Shown in pieces: positions 9,893-19,953 of a stretch of DNA of 64,000 bases. The stretch comes from Treponema sp. (lineage in GTDB: Bacteria > Spirochaetota > Spirochaetia > Treponematales > Treponemataceae). The notes below the pieces were generated by a model. That model was not told the DNA's origin. It worked only from the letters and a program-made list of their open reading frames with translations, and made no database searches. The DNA is taken from the NCBI GenBank assembly GCA_045606765.1, contig JAZUSR010000198.1:15563-79562 (forward strand). Reading direction: 5' to 3'. Every line of letters begins with the position of its first letter. The stretch's first letter is position 1. The position numbers were made by a program, and so were the translations under genes.

Positions 9893-10984
9893 GTGGAAAA
9901 TTTTAACGATGCTAAAAATAATTTTGTCTCAGTTGATATAAATGACTTTTTTGATATTGATGAAAAACAATTAAATTCTAATGACAACTATGGAATTGTT
10001 GTTTTAACTCAAAGACAAAAAGAAATTTACGATAATCTTATGGCAAAAGCAAAAGTAATCGATCCTGACAAATATGAAGTTTTCCAAAAACGAATACTCG
10101 ATTTGCAGGAACTTGAAAAAAGTATTGCTAATTTCCCTTCCCTTCTTGAACGACATAATTTACTCGGGGGAGAAAGAACTCCACAATCATTAATTGATTC
10201 TTTAATTCACCACCAAGCAGAAGGTGATTCAACTTTACAATTACCTTCCAAAGCAACTTTAGGAAAAGGTTTTTTAGTAGCAAAAATCCACACATTTTCA
10301 TCATTATTTAAATTTGCAAAATCAATCAAAGAACCTGAAGAAATTTGCCAAGAATTTCAGACTGAAACAATTTCAATGATGTTCTCTCTTTTGGCAGAAG
10401 ATGTTTATCTAAATTTAATTCATGATAAAACAATTCCAATAGATTTTAAAAATGAACTAGCATTATCTCTCTTACTACTTTGGGAGCATCGTTCAGACCA
10501 AACCATTTCAGATATAGCTCCAACACTTTTAAAAATTTGGACAGCCCGACGAAAACTAGCTCCAGCCTTTGGAACAATGATGGGTACAAGCGAACTTCTT
10601 ATGCTATCAATGCAACTTGATGATCAATGGACAACCTTTATGAAATCAAAATTAGGAGACCAAGGCGTATCTCAAGCGATGGAAGAATTTTTATTTGGAA
10701 TTTCCCATGAACAAATCTTACAACTAAAAGATATTCTAAAAACCAAAGGTATTCCTGCTATTGGCCGTGACGAAGTATCAAAATTTTTGGGCATTCACAT
10801 TAAAACTGATGCAGGGCTTGACTATCGAGACTTTTATTCAATGTACACACTACGCCGAGATAATGCGCGAGTACGTGCTCGTATGAATTTACCAGGTCCT
10901 CATAAAACAATTGAAGACTATTTTATCCAATATGTAATGGAAATTAATAAGGAGAAACAAAATAATGACACCTTCGCAAAATGA
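9893..10984 (+). CDS. Hypothetical, mostly helical protein
   Basis: 363-aa ORF, normal codon usage, overlaps the next gene; no motif recognised. Confidence 0.75.
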   Translation: MENFNDAKNNFVSVDINDFFDIDEKQLNSNDNYGIVVLTQRQKEIYDNLMAKAKVIDPDKYEVFQKRILDLQELEKSIANFPSLLERHNLLGGERTPQSLIDSLIHHQAEGDSTLQLPSKATLGKGFLVAKIHTFSSLFKFAKSIKEPEEICQEFQTETISMMFSLLAEDVYLNLIHDKTIPIDFKNELALSLLLLWEHRSDQTISDIAPTLLKIWTARRKLAPAFGTMMGTSELLMLSMQLDDQWTTFMKSKLGDQGVSQAMEEFLFGISHEQILQLKDILKTKGIPAIGRDEVSKFLGIHIKTDAGLDYRDFYSMYTLRRDNARVRARMNLPGPHKTIEDYFIQYVMEINKEKQNNDTFAK

Positions 10985-11588
10985 TACTAATCAAGAAAAT
11001 GAATCTCATGAAAAAAGAGTTCCATATCACTTTGGAGAAAAACTTCGAACTGCACGAGAGCGAAAAGGATTCACATTAAAAGTAGTTGCATCTCGCGCAG
11101 GGGTTTCAGAAAGTTTAATTTCGCAAATCGAACGAAACCGAGTGAGTCCTGCTATCGACACACTTTTATCTCTTGCTGATGTTCTAGACATTAATTTGGA
11201 ATTTTTATTCGAAGAATATCGTCGTAAAAACCCTGTTCACATTATAAAAAAGAACGAACGACGTTCATCAACTGAAGAAGGAGTTTCTTACGAAGAAGTT
11301 GTAAAACCAGATAGTTCTGACGGACAAAGTACATTAGAAGCTTATACTATTACAATTCCAGTTGGTGGAAAAACCCACAGAGGTTCTTACGGCCACTTAG
11401 GAAGAGAAATGGGGCTTATTTTGCAAGGCTCTGGAGAATTACAATACGAAAAAATTGTTTACCACTTAGATGAAGGTGATAGCGTAACTTTTAGTGCTAG
11501 TGCACCACATACTTTAGTAAACACTGGGGACACAGAATTAAAAGCCATGTGGGTTGTAACTCCTGCACAAAGATTCGTATCAAAGTGA
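10965..11588 (+). CDS. XRE-family HTH plus cupin transcriptional regulator
   Basis: HTH_3 (LRTARERKGFTLKVVASRAGVSESLISQIER); cupin (H..GREMG..G, GDSVTF..PH..N). Confidence 0.9.
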   Translation: MTPSQNDTNQENESHEKRVPYHFGEKLRTARERKGFTLKVVASRAGVSESLISQIERNRVSPAIDTLLSLADVLDINLEFLFEEYRRKNPVHIIKKNERRSSTEEGVSYEEVVKPDSSDGQSTLEAYTITIPVGGKTHRGSYGHLGREMGLILQGSGELQYEKIVYHLDEGDSVTFSASAPHTLVNTGDTELKAMWVVTPAQRFVSK

Positions 11589-12580
11589 TTAAAAAAAATT
11601 ACCTTTTTTTTTCAATAATACTTTTTTTATTCTCATGTAAAACTACCTCAATAGAAAAAGACGCAATTAATTTTTCAAATTCAGATAAAAAAAATCTATC
11701 GAAAAATTTTTGCATAATTCAAAAGACAAAAGACATTAATTCTATTAATTTTAGTTGGAACGATTTAACTTCTTACGCAAAAATAGCAACTCTTTACTTT
11801 GAAAATGAAAAATCTATTTGCCATCTCCTCAAAATTGATTTACACCATGATTCAATTATCATAACTTCTCCAAACGACATAACTTCTTCCCAAAGAGCTC
11901 AAAATTTTTCAAAAGAAAATAACTGTGACATAGTAATTAATACAACACCATTTACACAAAAAATTAAATATTTAAGTAAAAAGAACATCCTCGGTATTTA
12001 CCAAATAAACGACACAATTATTTCAAAACCAAATCAAAAATATTGTGCCCTTGAATTTTATACGGAAGAATTATCGCAAAAAAATCCTACAATTGCCCCA
12101 AATTCTAGTTTCATAACAAATACTATTACTAAAAATAATTCGCAATCTATACCATGCAAAAAATTATTTGCAAAAATTCATCAATTCCAACTAGATTCAT
12201 CGATTAATAACCAAATAATTCCTCCTAGTAATAAAAAAACACTTTATATCCATGGTGGATTTTGGCAAATATTAAAAAATGGTAACATTATCCAATTTAA
12301 AGACATTAAAGATTCAAGAACTGCTGTTGGAATTTCTAAAGATGAAAGATTCTTTTACATTCTAATTGTCGAAGGTGAAAAAAAATCAAAAAGTATTGGC
12401 TTATCATATGAAGAATGTGCCTTAATATTAAAAAATATCGGAGCTTTTAATGCAATGGAATTTGACGGAGGAAGTTCAACTTGCTTAATAATCAATCACA
12501 AAAATTATTTAACATACAATAAGAACCCAAATCTCCCACTATTTTTAGGTTTTAAGCTATATTCCAACGAAAAAGAATAA
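11585..12580 (+). CDS. Phosphodiester glycosidase (NAGPA/DUF2233-like) lipoprotein
   Basis: GTG start overlapping the upstream TGA (GTGA); lipobox LFSC; SRTAVG and AMEFDGGSS motifs. Confidence 0.8.
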   Translation: MIKKNYLFFSIILFLFSCKTTSIEKDAINFSNSDKKNLSKNFCIIQKTKDINSINFSWNDLTSYAKIATLYFENEKSICHLLKIDLHHDSIIITSPNDITSSQRAQNFSKENNCDIVINTTPFTQKIKYLSKKNILGIYQINDTIISKPNQKYCALEFYTEELSQKNPTIAPNSSFITNTITKNNSQSIPCKKLFAKIHQFQLDSSINNQIIPPSNKKTLYIHGGFWQILKNGNIIQFKDIKDSRTAVGISKDERFFYILIVEGEKKSKSIGLSYEECALILKNIGAFNAMEFDGGSSTCLIINHKNYLTYNKNPNLPLFLGFKLYSNEKE

Positions 12581-12603
12581 TTTAAACAAATGTCGCTGAT
12601 AGT

Positions 12604-12632
12604 TTGACAAATAACTTCTAATAACTTATTAT
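12604..12632 (+). promoter_or_regulatory. sigma70 promoter for the PilZ gene (predicted leaderless)
   Basis: TTGACA-17-TATTAT, then 6 nt to ATG 12639. Confidence 0.75.
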
Positions 12633-12638
12633 ATTTCT

Positions 12639-13748
12639 ATGGGAATTACAACGAGTCAACAACTGCAAAATTATTATGATTTGTTCAGAGACACAGAAGT
12701 AACATATACAAAAGACATTTTAAGAACTCTTGCAATTGACCCTCGTCAAATTTATATCAAGTGCAATGGTGGTCAATGGCCTTGTATTATAAATTCAACT
12801 TCATTTCAAATGGCTAAAATCATCGTTGGAACAAAAGGTGGTGCTTTTGCACAAATCTCTCGAAAAGATCCGCCATCTGTTTCTTTGCGCTTTTATTTTT
12901 TACAACAACATGACCAACCAATTAGTTTCTTTATAACTGGAAGAGTTTCTGAAATCAGCAAATATATGAATTCCAATGACCTTGCAGTTGTTACAATTAA
13001 TTTTACTCAGCGTCCACCTGATGATTTAATAGAAAAAGTCGGAAGAATGCTTGAAGCAAATTCCAATGCCATTCGTCGAAAGGAAGAACGCATTACAATT
13101 ACAGATGATTCAAAAAGAAGATTGGGACTCTCAAAAGACCAAACTATTATTTTTATAGAAAATGTTCCTCGAAGATGTATTTTAAGAGATATTTCTTTTT
13201 CTGGAGCAAAAGTAATTCTTGTAGGAATAGAAAAATTTGTTCGTGAAAAAAACGTTGTTTTACGAATTCATTTTGAAGATCCTGATGAAATTATTTCTCT
13301 TGAAGGAAGGGTTGTAACAACAAGTCCGGTTGAAAATAAACCTGAAATTATTTACGCATGTCTCCAATTCAATGAAAATTCAGTACCAACTTCTTATAAA
13401 ATTAGAATTAACAATTATCTTACAACAATTCGTAAGACAATCCTTAAAGTTGCTCAACAACAACAGCAAAATTCTACTCAAACAATTGAAAAACCAGAAT
13501 CTCCAAAAGTTGAACAAACTGCGCAAACACAATCAACAGAATCTTCTCTTGAAGAAAATTCTATCGAAATTCCATCTGCAGAAAATCAAACTACGGAAGA
13601 TTCAACAAAAATAGAAAGTTCTAATTCTGCTGAAAATCCAATTTCTCAAAATTCAGCTGAACAAATTTCAGAACAATCACTTCCAGATTTAAACATAGAC
13701 AATATTGACTTTACATCTGAAAAAAAAGATGAACAAATAAAATCTTAA
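12639..13748 (+). CDS. plzA: Spirochaetal PlzA-type c-di-GMP-binding PilZ protein with an acidic low-complexity tail
   Basis: RRKEER (RxxxR) and DISFSG (DxSxxG) motifs after an N-terminal PilZN-like domain. Confidence 0.8.
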   Translation: MGITTSQQLQNYYDLFRDTEVTYTKDILRTLAIDPRQIYIKCNGGQWPCIINSTSFQMAKIIVGTKGGAFAQISRKDPPSVSLRFYFLQQHDQPISFFITGRVSEISKYMNSNDLAVVTINFTQRPPDDLIEKVGRMLEANSNAIRRKEERITITDDSKRRLGLSKDQTIIFIENVPRRCILRDISFSGAKVILVGIEKFVREKNVVLRIHFEDPDEIISLEGRVVTTSPVENKPEIIYACLQFNENSVPTSYKIRINNYLTTIRKTILKVAQQQQQNSTQTIEKPESPKVEQTAQTQSTESSLEENSIEIPSAENQTTEDSTKIESSNSAENPISQNSAEQISEQSLPDLNIDNIDFTSEKKDEQIKS

Positions 13749-13772
13749 ATTTTTTAATTAACAGGAAAAACA

Positions 13773-14918
13773 ATGACACCAAACAATCCACTCGAATCAA
13801 TTTATTTTATCTCTTTTCCAGAAGATACAGTTTTATCGAAAGACGCTTTTCAAATAGATACAACAATCCCTTTGCCTGTTCAAAAAAAAGATAACGAAGC
13901 ACCAGGACAGTTCAACCCAAATGAAATTACACAAGAACAAATTCTTGCAGGAATTTTAACTGTTCTTGCCTACGATAAACACAATGAGCAAACTCAATAT
14001 TACCGTTCACTTATTACAAAAGTTCGTCCAAACATAAAAAAAGAATTATCCGAAACCGCCATATTAAAAGCAAAAAATGAAGACTATGAATTAGCCGAAG
14101 AGATTTTCCTTGCTCTTCAAGGAATTGATCCAGAAGATAAGGCAATTACACTGAACATGGCAATTTTCTTTGACCAACGAGCCGACAATTACAGACGCTC
14201 TGGTTTATATGATGATGCAGATGCTTATGATGACGAAGCTCTATCGTATTACACAGATGCTTTACTTGCAGAACCTGCAATTCCAGATGCCTTTTTCAAT
14301 GCAGGATTTTTCTATCTTAAAAAACACGATTTTATCAAAGCAAAAGATACTTTTGAAACTTACATTGCATTAACTTGCGATATCAAAGATGATGAATTAG
14401 GTCCTAATGGAGTTTACAAAAAAGAAAGAGCCCAAGAAATTGTAAATAACATCAAAAGTCAAAATATGGATGATGTTCGATTTTCTTCAGCATATGAACT
14501 AATTTCTAATGGAGACGAAGAAAAAGGCCTTGACCAACTTCGCTCGTTCTTACAAAAAAATCCACATGTTTGGAATGCATGGTTTTTACTTGGATGGGGT
14601 CTTAGAAAACTTGGTCGCTACACTGATGGAATTGGTGCTTTCGAAAAAGCCCTTGAATTAGGTGGAAACGAAATTTCAGATACTTACAATGAACTTGCAA
14701 TTTGTTATTTAGAAACTGAAAATTTTTCAAAAGCAAAAGAAGCTTTAAACAAAGCTCTTTCTATTGATCCTGAAAATACAAAAATTATTTCTAACTTAGG
14801 ATATCTTGCGCTCAAAGAAGGTAACATATCTGAGGCACAGCGATATTTTGAAGTTGTATTAGAATTTGATCCAGATGATAAGATTGCTCAAATTGAATTA
14901 AGTAAACTTGAACACTAA
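13773..14918 (+). CDS. Tetratricopeptide-repeat protein
   Basis: Several TPR consensus repeats (AWFLLGWGLRKLGRY..A..AFEKAL; YNELAICY; NLGYLAL). Confidence 0.85.
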   Translation: MTPNNPLESIYFISFPEDTVLSKDAFQIDTTIPLPVQKKDNEAPGQFNPNEITQEQILAGILTVLAYDKHNEQTQYYRSLITKVRPNIKKELSETAILKAKNEDYELAEEIFLALQGIDPEDKAITLNMAIFFDQRADNYRRSGLYDDADAYDDEALSYYTDALLAEPAIPDAFFNAGFFYLKKHDFIKAKDTFETYIALTCDIKDDELGPNGVYKKERAQEIVNNIKSQNMDDVRFSSAYELISNGDEEKGLDQLRSFLQKNPHVWNAWFLLGWGLRKLGRYTDGIGAFEKALELGGNEISDTYNELAICYLETENFSKAKEALNKALSIDPENTKIISNLGYLALKEGNISEAQRYFEVVLEFDPDDKIAQIELSKLEH

Positions 14919-15376
14919 TTTGAATTATTTTGATTCATCAAACTATCAAGTCTAATTTTATCGCCAACTTTAATATTATTTTTTTCAAACCATCCTTTTG
15001 GAACTTCCAAAGCATATCTAACAGAACAAGTGCTTGAAATAGGTTCCAAACTGAAAGGTTTCATGTCAAAAATATCTCTTATAGTTCCTGTGCGATCGAT
15101 ATAAGCAATTGACAAAGCTGTTGGAGTATTTTTCATCCAAAAACTTAAAGGTTGATCTTTTTCAAAAACAAAAATCATTCCTGTCCCATCTGGAATTTTT
15201 TTACGATTCATAAAACCGTATTCTCTTTCTTCTTGAGAATCTGCCACTTCAGAAACAACCTTTACAATTGAATCATCTTTTAAACGGACTATATCAAGTT
15301 CAACTGTTTGTAATTTTTTTGCAGAACAAGAAATTGCTGTATATAAAATAAAAAAAGAAATTAATAACTTTTTCAT
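14915..15376 (-). CDS. DUF192 family lipoprotein
   Basis: EVAD..ER..G.M, GMIFVF, FWMKNT and YALEV motifs; lipobox AISC. Confidence 0.9.
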   Translation of the reverse strand: MKKLLISFFILYTAISCSAKKLQTVELDIVRLKDDSIVKVVSEVADSQEEREYGFMNRKKIPDGTGMIFVFEKDQPLSFWMKNTPTALSIAYIDRTGTIRDIFDMKPFSLEPISSTCSVRYALEVPKGWFEKNNIKVGDKIRLDSLMNQNNSN

Positions 15377-15392
15377 AAATCACTCTTATTTT

Positions 15393-16058
15393 TTATAGAC
15401 TCTCTAAGAATTCATCACGAAGTTTTTCTTGTGAAGATTTTTCTACAAGGGATTCATCAATTAATGAATCAAATTTATTTAAATCGATATATTTTAATAC
15501 TAAAGGTCTTTCTAAGCTAAATTGAACAGAATCATTTTTCCAAATTGCTCTTTCTGGACTAAATTCAACTGGTTCCCCATATTTTTTACACAGTGAACTG
15601 TACACACTATAATAATCAACTTTTTTCCGATTTAGATTTAATGTAATAATGTACAATTTATCTTCACTAAATTGGAACCAACATTGTTCTAAAAAAGACC
15701 ATCGAGCAAAATCTCTTGCATCAGTTTCAATCAAAACACGATTTTCGCCAGGTAGCAAAGAGACATCTCTATCTCCATTGTATCCAAAATCCCCATTTGC
15801 CTTTAATGCTTCTTTTGTATTTTCTACACTCATTCCCAATGTAATGCCACCATATCCATTTGGAACATCTAAAGAACTTGTATTCTTTTTATCTTCATCA
15901 TAATTTTCAGACAAATTTTCATTCTCAGTAACTTGCTCGCCATCTTTTAAATCAATTTTATCATTTGCATAACAGACTGAACAAACTACAAAAAGGAAAG
16001 TCAAAAAACATAAGAGATTTTTTTTAGAGAAAATATTAAATTTATAAAAAGTATTCAT
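15393..16058 (-). CDS. Exported hypothetical protein
   Basis: Signal peptide; apparently co-transcribed with the DUF192 gene. Confidence 0.75.
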   Translation of the reverse strand: MNTFYKFNIFSKKNLLCFLTFLFVVCSVCYANDKIDLKDGEQVTENENLSENYDEDKKNTSSLDVPNGYGGITLGMSVENTKEALKANGDFGYNGDRDVSLLPGENRVLIETDARDFARWSFLEQCWFQFSEDKLYIITLNLNRKKVDYYSVYSSLCKKYGEPVEFSPERAIWKNDSVQFSLERPLVLKYIDLNKFDSLIDESLVEKSSQEKLRDEFLESL

Positions 16059-16066
16059 CTTATAGA

Positions 16067-16094
16067 TTATCGGAACTATTTTGATGTTTGTTTA
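16067..16094 (-). promoter_or_regulatory. Candidate sigma28 (FliA) promoter
   Basis: TAAA-N16-TCCGATAA on the minus strand, 8 nt before ATG 16058. Confidence 0.55.
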
Positions 16095-17263
16095 CGATAA
16101 AAAGCAGCTTGTTTTGAAAGTTCGATACAATCTTTTATATAGATTTTTCCATTTACAATCTTAATATGAGGATCATTTTGGAATTCATACGCAGCAGATG
16201 CTTGTCTAGTTTGAGGAATCCCACACATATCAACTACATCTTGAACTGACAAATCTGTTTGATAACCAGCTCCTGGTTCAATTTTAAGCTTTAATTTTTC
16301 CATCTGAAGAGCAAGCATATCAATTAATTTCATATTTAGAGAAGATAGTTGTGTATTGGCAAGCTGCCTATACATTGACCAAAGTCTATCAGCCAAAGTT
16401 GTTGTAAGACGAGCAATCAATTGAGGTTGAGTAAGAACCATTTGATCAAAGTTTTTTCGGTTTACAGTCATCAATCGACAATTTTCTTGTGCAATTGCAC
16501 TTGCAGAACGTGGTTTATTTTCAAGTAATGCCATTTCGCCAAACATATCACCTTTTTTAAGAACAGCTAAAACTACTTCTTGACCGTTTACGACTTTTGT
16601 AATTCTAACAGAACCTTCTTGAATAATAAACATATCAGGACCTACCTGACATTCAGAGAAAACCATCGTTCCTTTTGGATAAACTCTAAGCAAATCTGTT
16701 GTTGGTTCAAAATACACTGCATGTGTTTTATTTTTTAATTGCATAAACTTTTGTTTAGCAAGTAAAACATTTTTTCCATTTGGACATGCTTTTATATATT
16801 GATAATAAGCATAAACAGCTATATCAAATTTTCGTTCTTGTTCATAAAATAAAGCTGTTGCAAAAATTTGCTCTGGAGATTCTTGAACAACATTATGTAA
16901 TGCCAATTTTGTAAGATTTTCATTCAATAAGCGCATCTTATTTGCAAATGTTTTGATAATTTTCATTGCAACTGGCGTATTACGCTCAATCAATTCAGGA
17001 TATTGACTTCTCTTTACAGAAATACAAACAACATCTGTCATAGCAATTGCAGATTCTATTTGTAAGTGATTAGACATACATGGAATTACACCAATAAAAT
17101 CACCTGGCCCAAGTATATTATTTGAATTACTTACAGGAATTTTTATTTCGTGAACACAATGAACATGACCAACCTGAATAATATAAAATCTATCACTTGT
17201 ATCTTGTCCTTCCATAACAATGTAGGACCCTTTCTGAAAATTAACAAATGAAAGCTGTAACAT
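16076..17263 (-). CDS. Crp/Fnr-like protein with two cNMP-binding domains (paralogue of 2101..3336)
   Basis: GDFIGVIPCMS (degenerate) and GDMFGEMALLENKPRSASA cassettes; TPR-like linker; LSVQDVVDMCG HTH-like region. Confidence 0.85.
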   Translation of the reverse strand: MLQLSFVNFQKGSYIVMEGQDTSDRFYIIQVGHVHCVHEIKIPVSNSNNILGPGDFIGVIPCMSNHLQIESAIAMTDVVCISVKRSQYPELIERNTPVAMKIIKTFANKMRLLNENLTKLALHNVVQESPEQIFATALFYEQERKFDIAVYAYYQYIKACPNGKNVLLAKQKFMQLKNKTHAVYFEPTTDLLRVYPKGTMVFSECQVGPDMFIIQEGSVRITKVVNGQEVVLAVLKKGDMFGEMALLENKPRSASAIAQENCRLMTVNRKNFDQMVLTQPQLIARLTTTLADRLWSMYRQLANTQLSSLNMKLIDMLALQMEKLKLKIEPGAGYQTDLSVQDVVDMCGIPQTRQASAAYEFQNDPHIKIVNGKIYIKDCIELSKQAAFYRKQTSK

Positions 17264-17356
17264 CACTTATCCTCTAGTATACAATAATACTATACTAATA
17301 CAATTTTATCAATTATTCGATGATAAAAATATTAATTTTATCTAATATATCAAAAA

Positions 17357-18373
17357 TTATTTAAAAATTATTTCAGGTTCTAAATCATATCCTAATTTTG
17401 ATTTTACTTCTTTCTGAATGAATTTAACTAATTCCAAAATATCTTTTTGAGTTGCGTTATCACGATTAATAATAATATTACCATGCCAAGGAGCAATTTG
17501 AGCACCACCAATAGATTTGCCTTTTAATCCAATTTCATCGATAAGTTGCCCCGTAGGTTTTCCAAATAAACGATTATTTTTAAAAACACTTCCCGCACAA
17601 GGAAATTTAAAATGACCTTTTTCAACTCGCTCTTTCATATACGAAGCTGCTTTTTGTTGAATTTTCTCTCCATTCTCTTTTGATTCTTTTCTAACTTTGA
17701 ATTCAGCCGATAAAATTACATTCTGAGTATCAGTAAATGGTGAAATTTTATAATTCCAAAGATTTTTATCAAATAACAATGTTTTTTTTACAAACAACGA
17801 ATTTGCTCCGTTTTTTTTACTCGCCCCACCAATTAAATTTTTATCAATTAAATCATCTCTACAATTTTTTTCTTTATCCAAAGTTAAATATTCAATTTTT
17901 CCAATTACATCGCTTATTTCTAAATCAAAACATCGAGCATTCATATAACATGCGCCACCAATTGTCCCTGGTAACCCACAAAACTGTTCAATTCCAGAAA
18001 GTAAATTCTTTGTTGCATAATTTACAAGTATATTCATTTGAACACCACATTGACAACGTAAAATAGTAAAATCGTCTTTTAGATTCGAAACCATTTCTAT
18101 TTTATTCAATTTTACTGTCGAAATTACAACGCCATTAAAACCATCATCTGAAAAAACAATATTTGTTCCACCACCTAAAATAAAATAAGGAACAGATTCA
18201 ATCTGGCACAAATTTAGAACTTCCAAAAAAGCATCTTCTGTCAAAGGTTCAATTAATATGGGAGTTGTTCCACCAACTTTAAAAGAAAAACGCTTTGCCA
18301 TCTGTTCATTTTCATAAATAGTAATATCTTTCAATATCTTGAATTTTTGCGTCATATCTCGTAAATTATTCAT
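17357..18373 (-). CDS. murB: UDP-N-acetylenolpyruvoylglucosamine reductase
   Basis: FKVGG, LGGGTN, GLPGTIGGACYMNA, PCAGSVFKN, HGNIIIN and LEPE motifs. Confidence 0.95.
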   Translation of the reverse strand: MNNLRDMTQKFKILKDITIYENEQMAKRFSFKVGGTTPILIEPLTEDAFLEVLNLCQIESVPYFILGGGTNIVFSDDGFNGVVISTVKLNKIEMVSNLKDDFTILRCQCGVQMNILVNYATKNLLSGIEQFCGLPGTIGGACYMNARCFDLEISDVIGKIEYLTLDKEKNCRDDLIDKNLIGGASKKNGANSLFVKKTLLFDKNLWNYKISPFTDTQNVILSAEFKVRKESKENGEKIQQKAASYMKERVEKGHFKFPCAGSVFKNNRLFGKPTGQLIDEIGLKGKSIGGAQIAPWHGNIIINRDNATQKDILELVKFIQKEVKSKLGYDLEPEIIFK

Positions 18374-18445
18374 ATATATACTATAATATATTTTAAACTA
18401 AATATAAACCCACTTTATTTTTTTCATTCGTAATAGAGGTAAATT

Positions 18446-19900
18446 ATGAGCTTAAAACTTTTTAATACAATGGGAAAATCTTTACAAGATTTTAAACCAA
18501 TCAATAATGGATTTGCCGGCTTTTATGGCTGTGGTCCAACAGTTTATAATTATGCCCATATCGGAAACTTAAGAGCTTATGTTTTTCTTGACATCCTCGA
18601 CAGAACATTAACTTACTTAGATTATAAAATAAAACATGTAATGAATATTACAGACATCGGTCACTTAACAGGCGACGCTGATGATGGTGAAGACAAAATG
18701 CTAAAAACTGCTCAAGAACGTCACCAAAGCGTAATGGAAATTGCGGAATTTTATATGAATGCTTTTTTAAACGACATCAAACGATTAAATATTCGAAAAC
18801 CTGATGTAGTTTGCCGTGCTACAGAACATATTCCAGAAATGATTGAATTAATCAAAAAAATTGAAGCCAATGGACATACTTACACAGCCGGCGGAAATCT
18901 TTACTTTGACACAACAACTTTTGCAGACTATGGAAAACTTGCAAACCTAAACCTTAACGAATTAAAAGAAGGTGCCGGCAAAAGAGATGTAACAGTAATC
19001 GATGAAAATAAACGCAACCCAACCGACTTTGTTCTTTGGTTCACAAAATCTAAATTCGAAAATCAAGCACTTACTTGGGATAGTCCTTGGGGTCGAGGTT
19101 ATCCAGGTTGGCACATTGAATGTTCTGCAATGAGTATGAAATATTTAGGCGAACATTTTGATATTCACACAGGAGGAATTGACCATATTCCAGTTCACCA
19201 TACTAACGAAATTGCGCAATCTGAAGGCGCAACTGGTAAAAAATGGGTAAATTATTGGTTACACAACGAATTCCTCGTAGAAAAAAATGGTAAAATGTCA
19301 AAATCTTCTGGAGAATTCCTTACTTTACAAAGATTAATTGACAAAGGTTATGATGCTTTAGACTACAGATATTTTCTTTTGGGAGCACATTATAGAAGCC
19401 AAGTAATGTTTAGCTGGGAAGCAATGGATTCAGCAAAAAATGCTAGAAAAGCTCTTATAAACAGAACAAAAAAAATTCTCGATGCTGCATCTTCTAAAGT
19501 TGCAACCTTTGAGGAATTATCTGAAAAAGCAAAAGAATACTTAGCTTTATTTAAAGCAGACTTAGAAAATGACCTTTCTACACCACAGGCTTTAAGCAGA
19601 GTTCAAATTGCAATAAAAGATGCAGAACTTAGACCTGAAGAAATTCTCTATTTAATTCAAGATATGGATAAAGTTCTAGCACTTAGCCTAATCGATGAAG
19701 CTAAAAAATCAGGACAAGAACTCGAAAATTCCCATTCAGATGATCCAGAAGCAGCAGAAATTGATTCTTTAGTACAACAAAGAACTGATGCAAAAAAAGC
19801 AAAAGACTTTGCTTTAGCAGATAAAATTCGAGACGAATTATCAGCAAGAGGAATTATAATTGTAGATACACCAACAGGGCCTACTTGGAAAAGAAAATAA
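18446..19900 (+). CDS. cysS: Cysteine--tRNA ligase
   Basis: CGPTVYNYAHIGN, PGWHIECSAM, HHTNEIAQ and KMSKS motifs. Confidence 0.97.
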   Translation: MSLKLFNTMGKSLQDFKPINNGFAGFYGCGPTVYNYAHIGNLRAYVFLDILDRTLTYLDYKIKHVMNITDIGHLTGDADDGEDKMLKTAQERHQSVMEIAEFYMNAFLNDIKRLNIRKPDVVCRATEHIPEMIELIKKIEANGHTYTAGGNLYFDTTTFADYGKLANLNLNELKEGAGKRDVTVIDENKRNPTDFVLWFTKSKFENQALTWDSPWGRGYPGWHIECSAMSMKYLGEHFDIHTGGIDHIPVHHTNEIAQSEGATGKKWVNYWLHNEFLVEKNGKMSKSSGEFLTLQRLIDKGYDALDYRYFLLGAHYRSQVMFSWEAMDSAKNARKALINRTKKILDAASSKVATFEELSEKAKEYLALFKADLENDLSTPQALSRVQIAIKDAELRPEEILYLIQDMDKVLALSLIDEAKKSGQELENSHSDDPEAAEIDSLVQQRTDAKKAKDFALADKIRDELSARGIIIVDTPTGPTWKRK

Positions 19901-19953
19901 AAAGTAACTTTTTTCAAATTTAATGGTTATTTGAGTAACCTTTTGGAGATATT

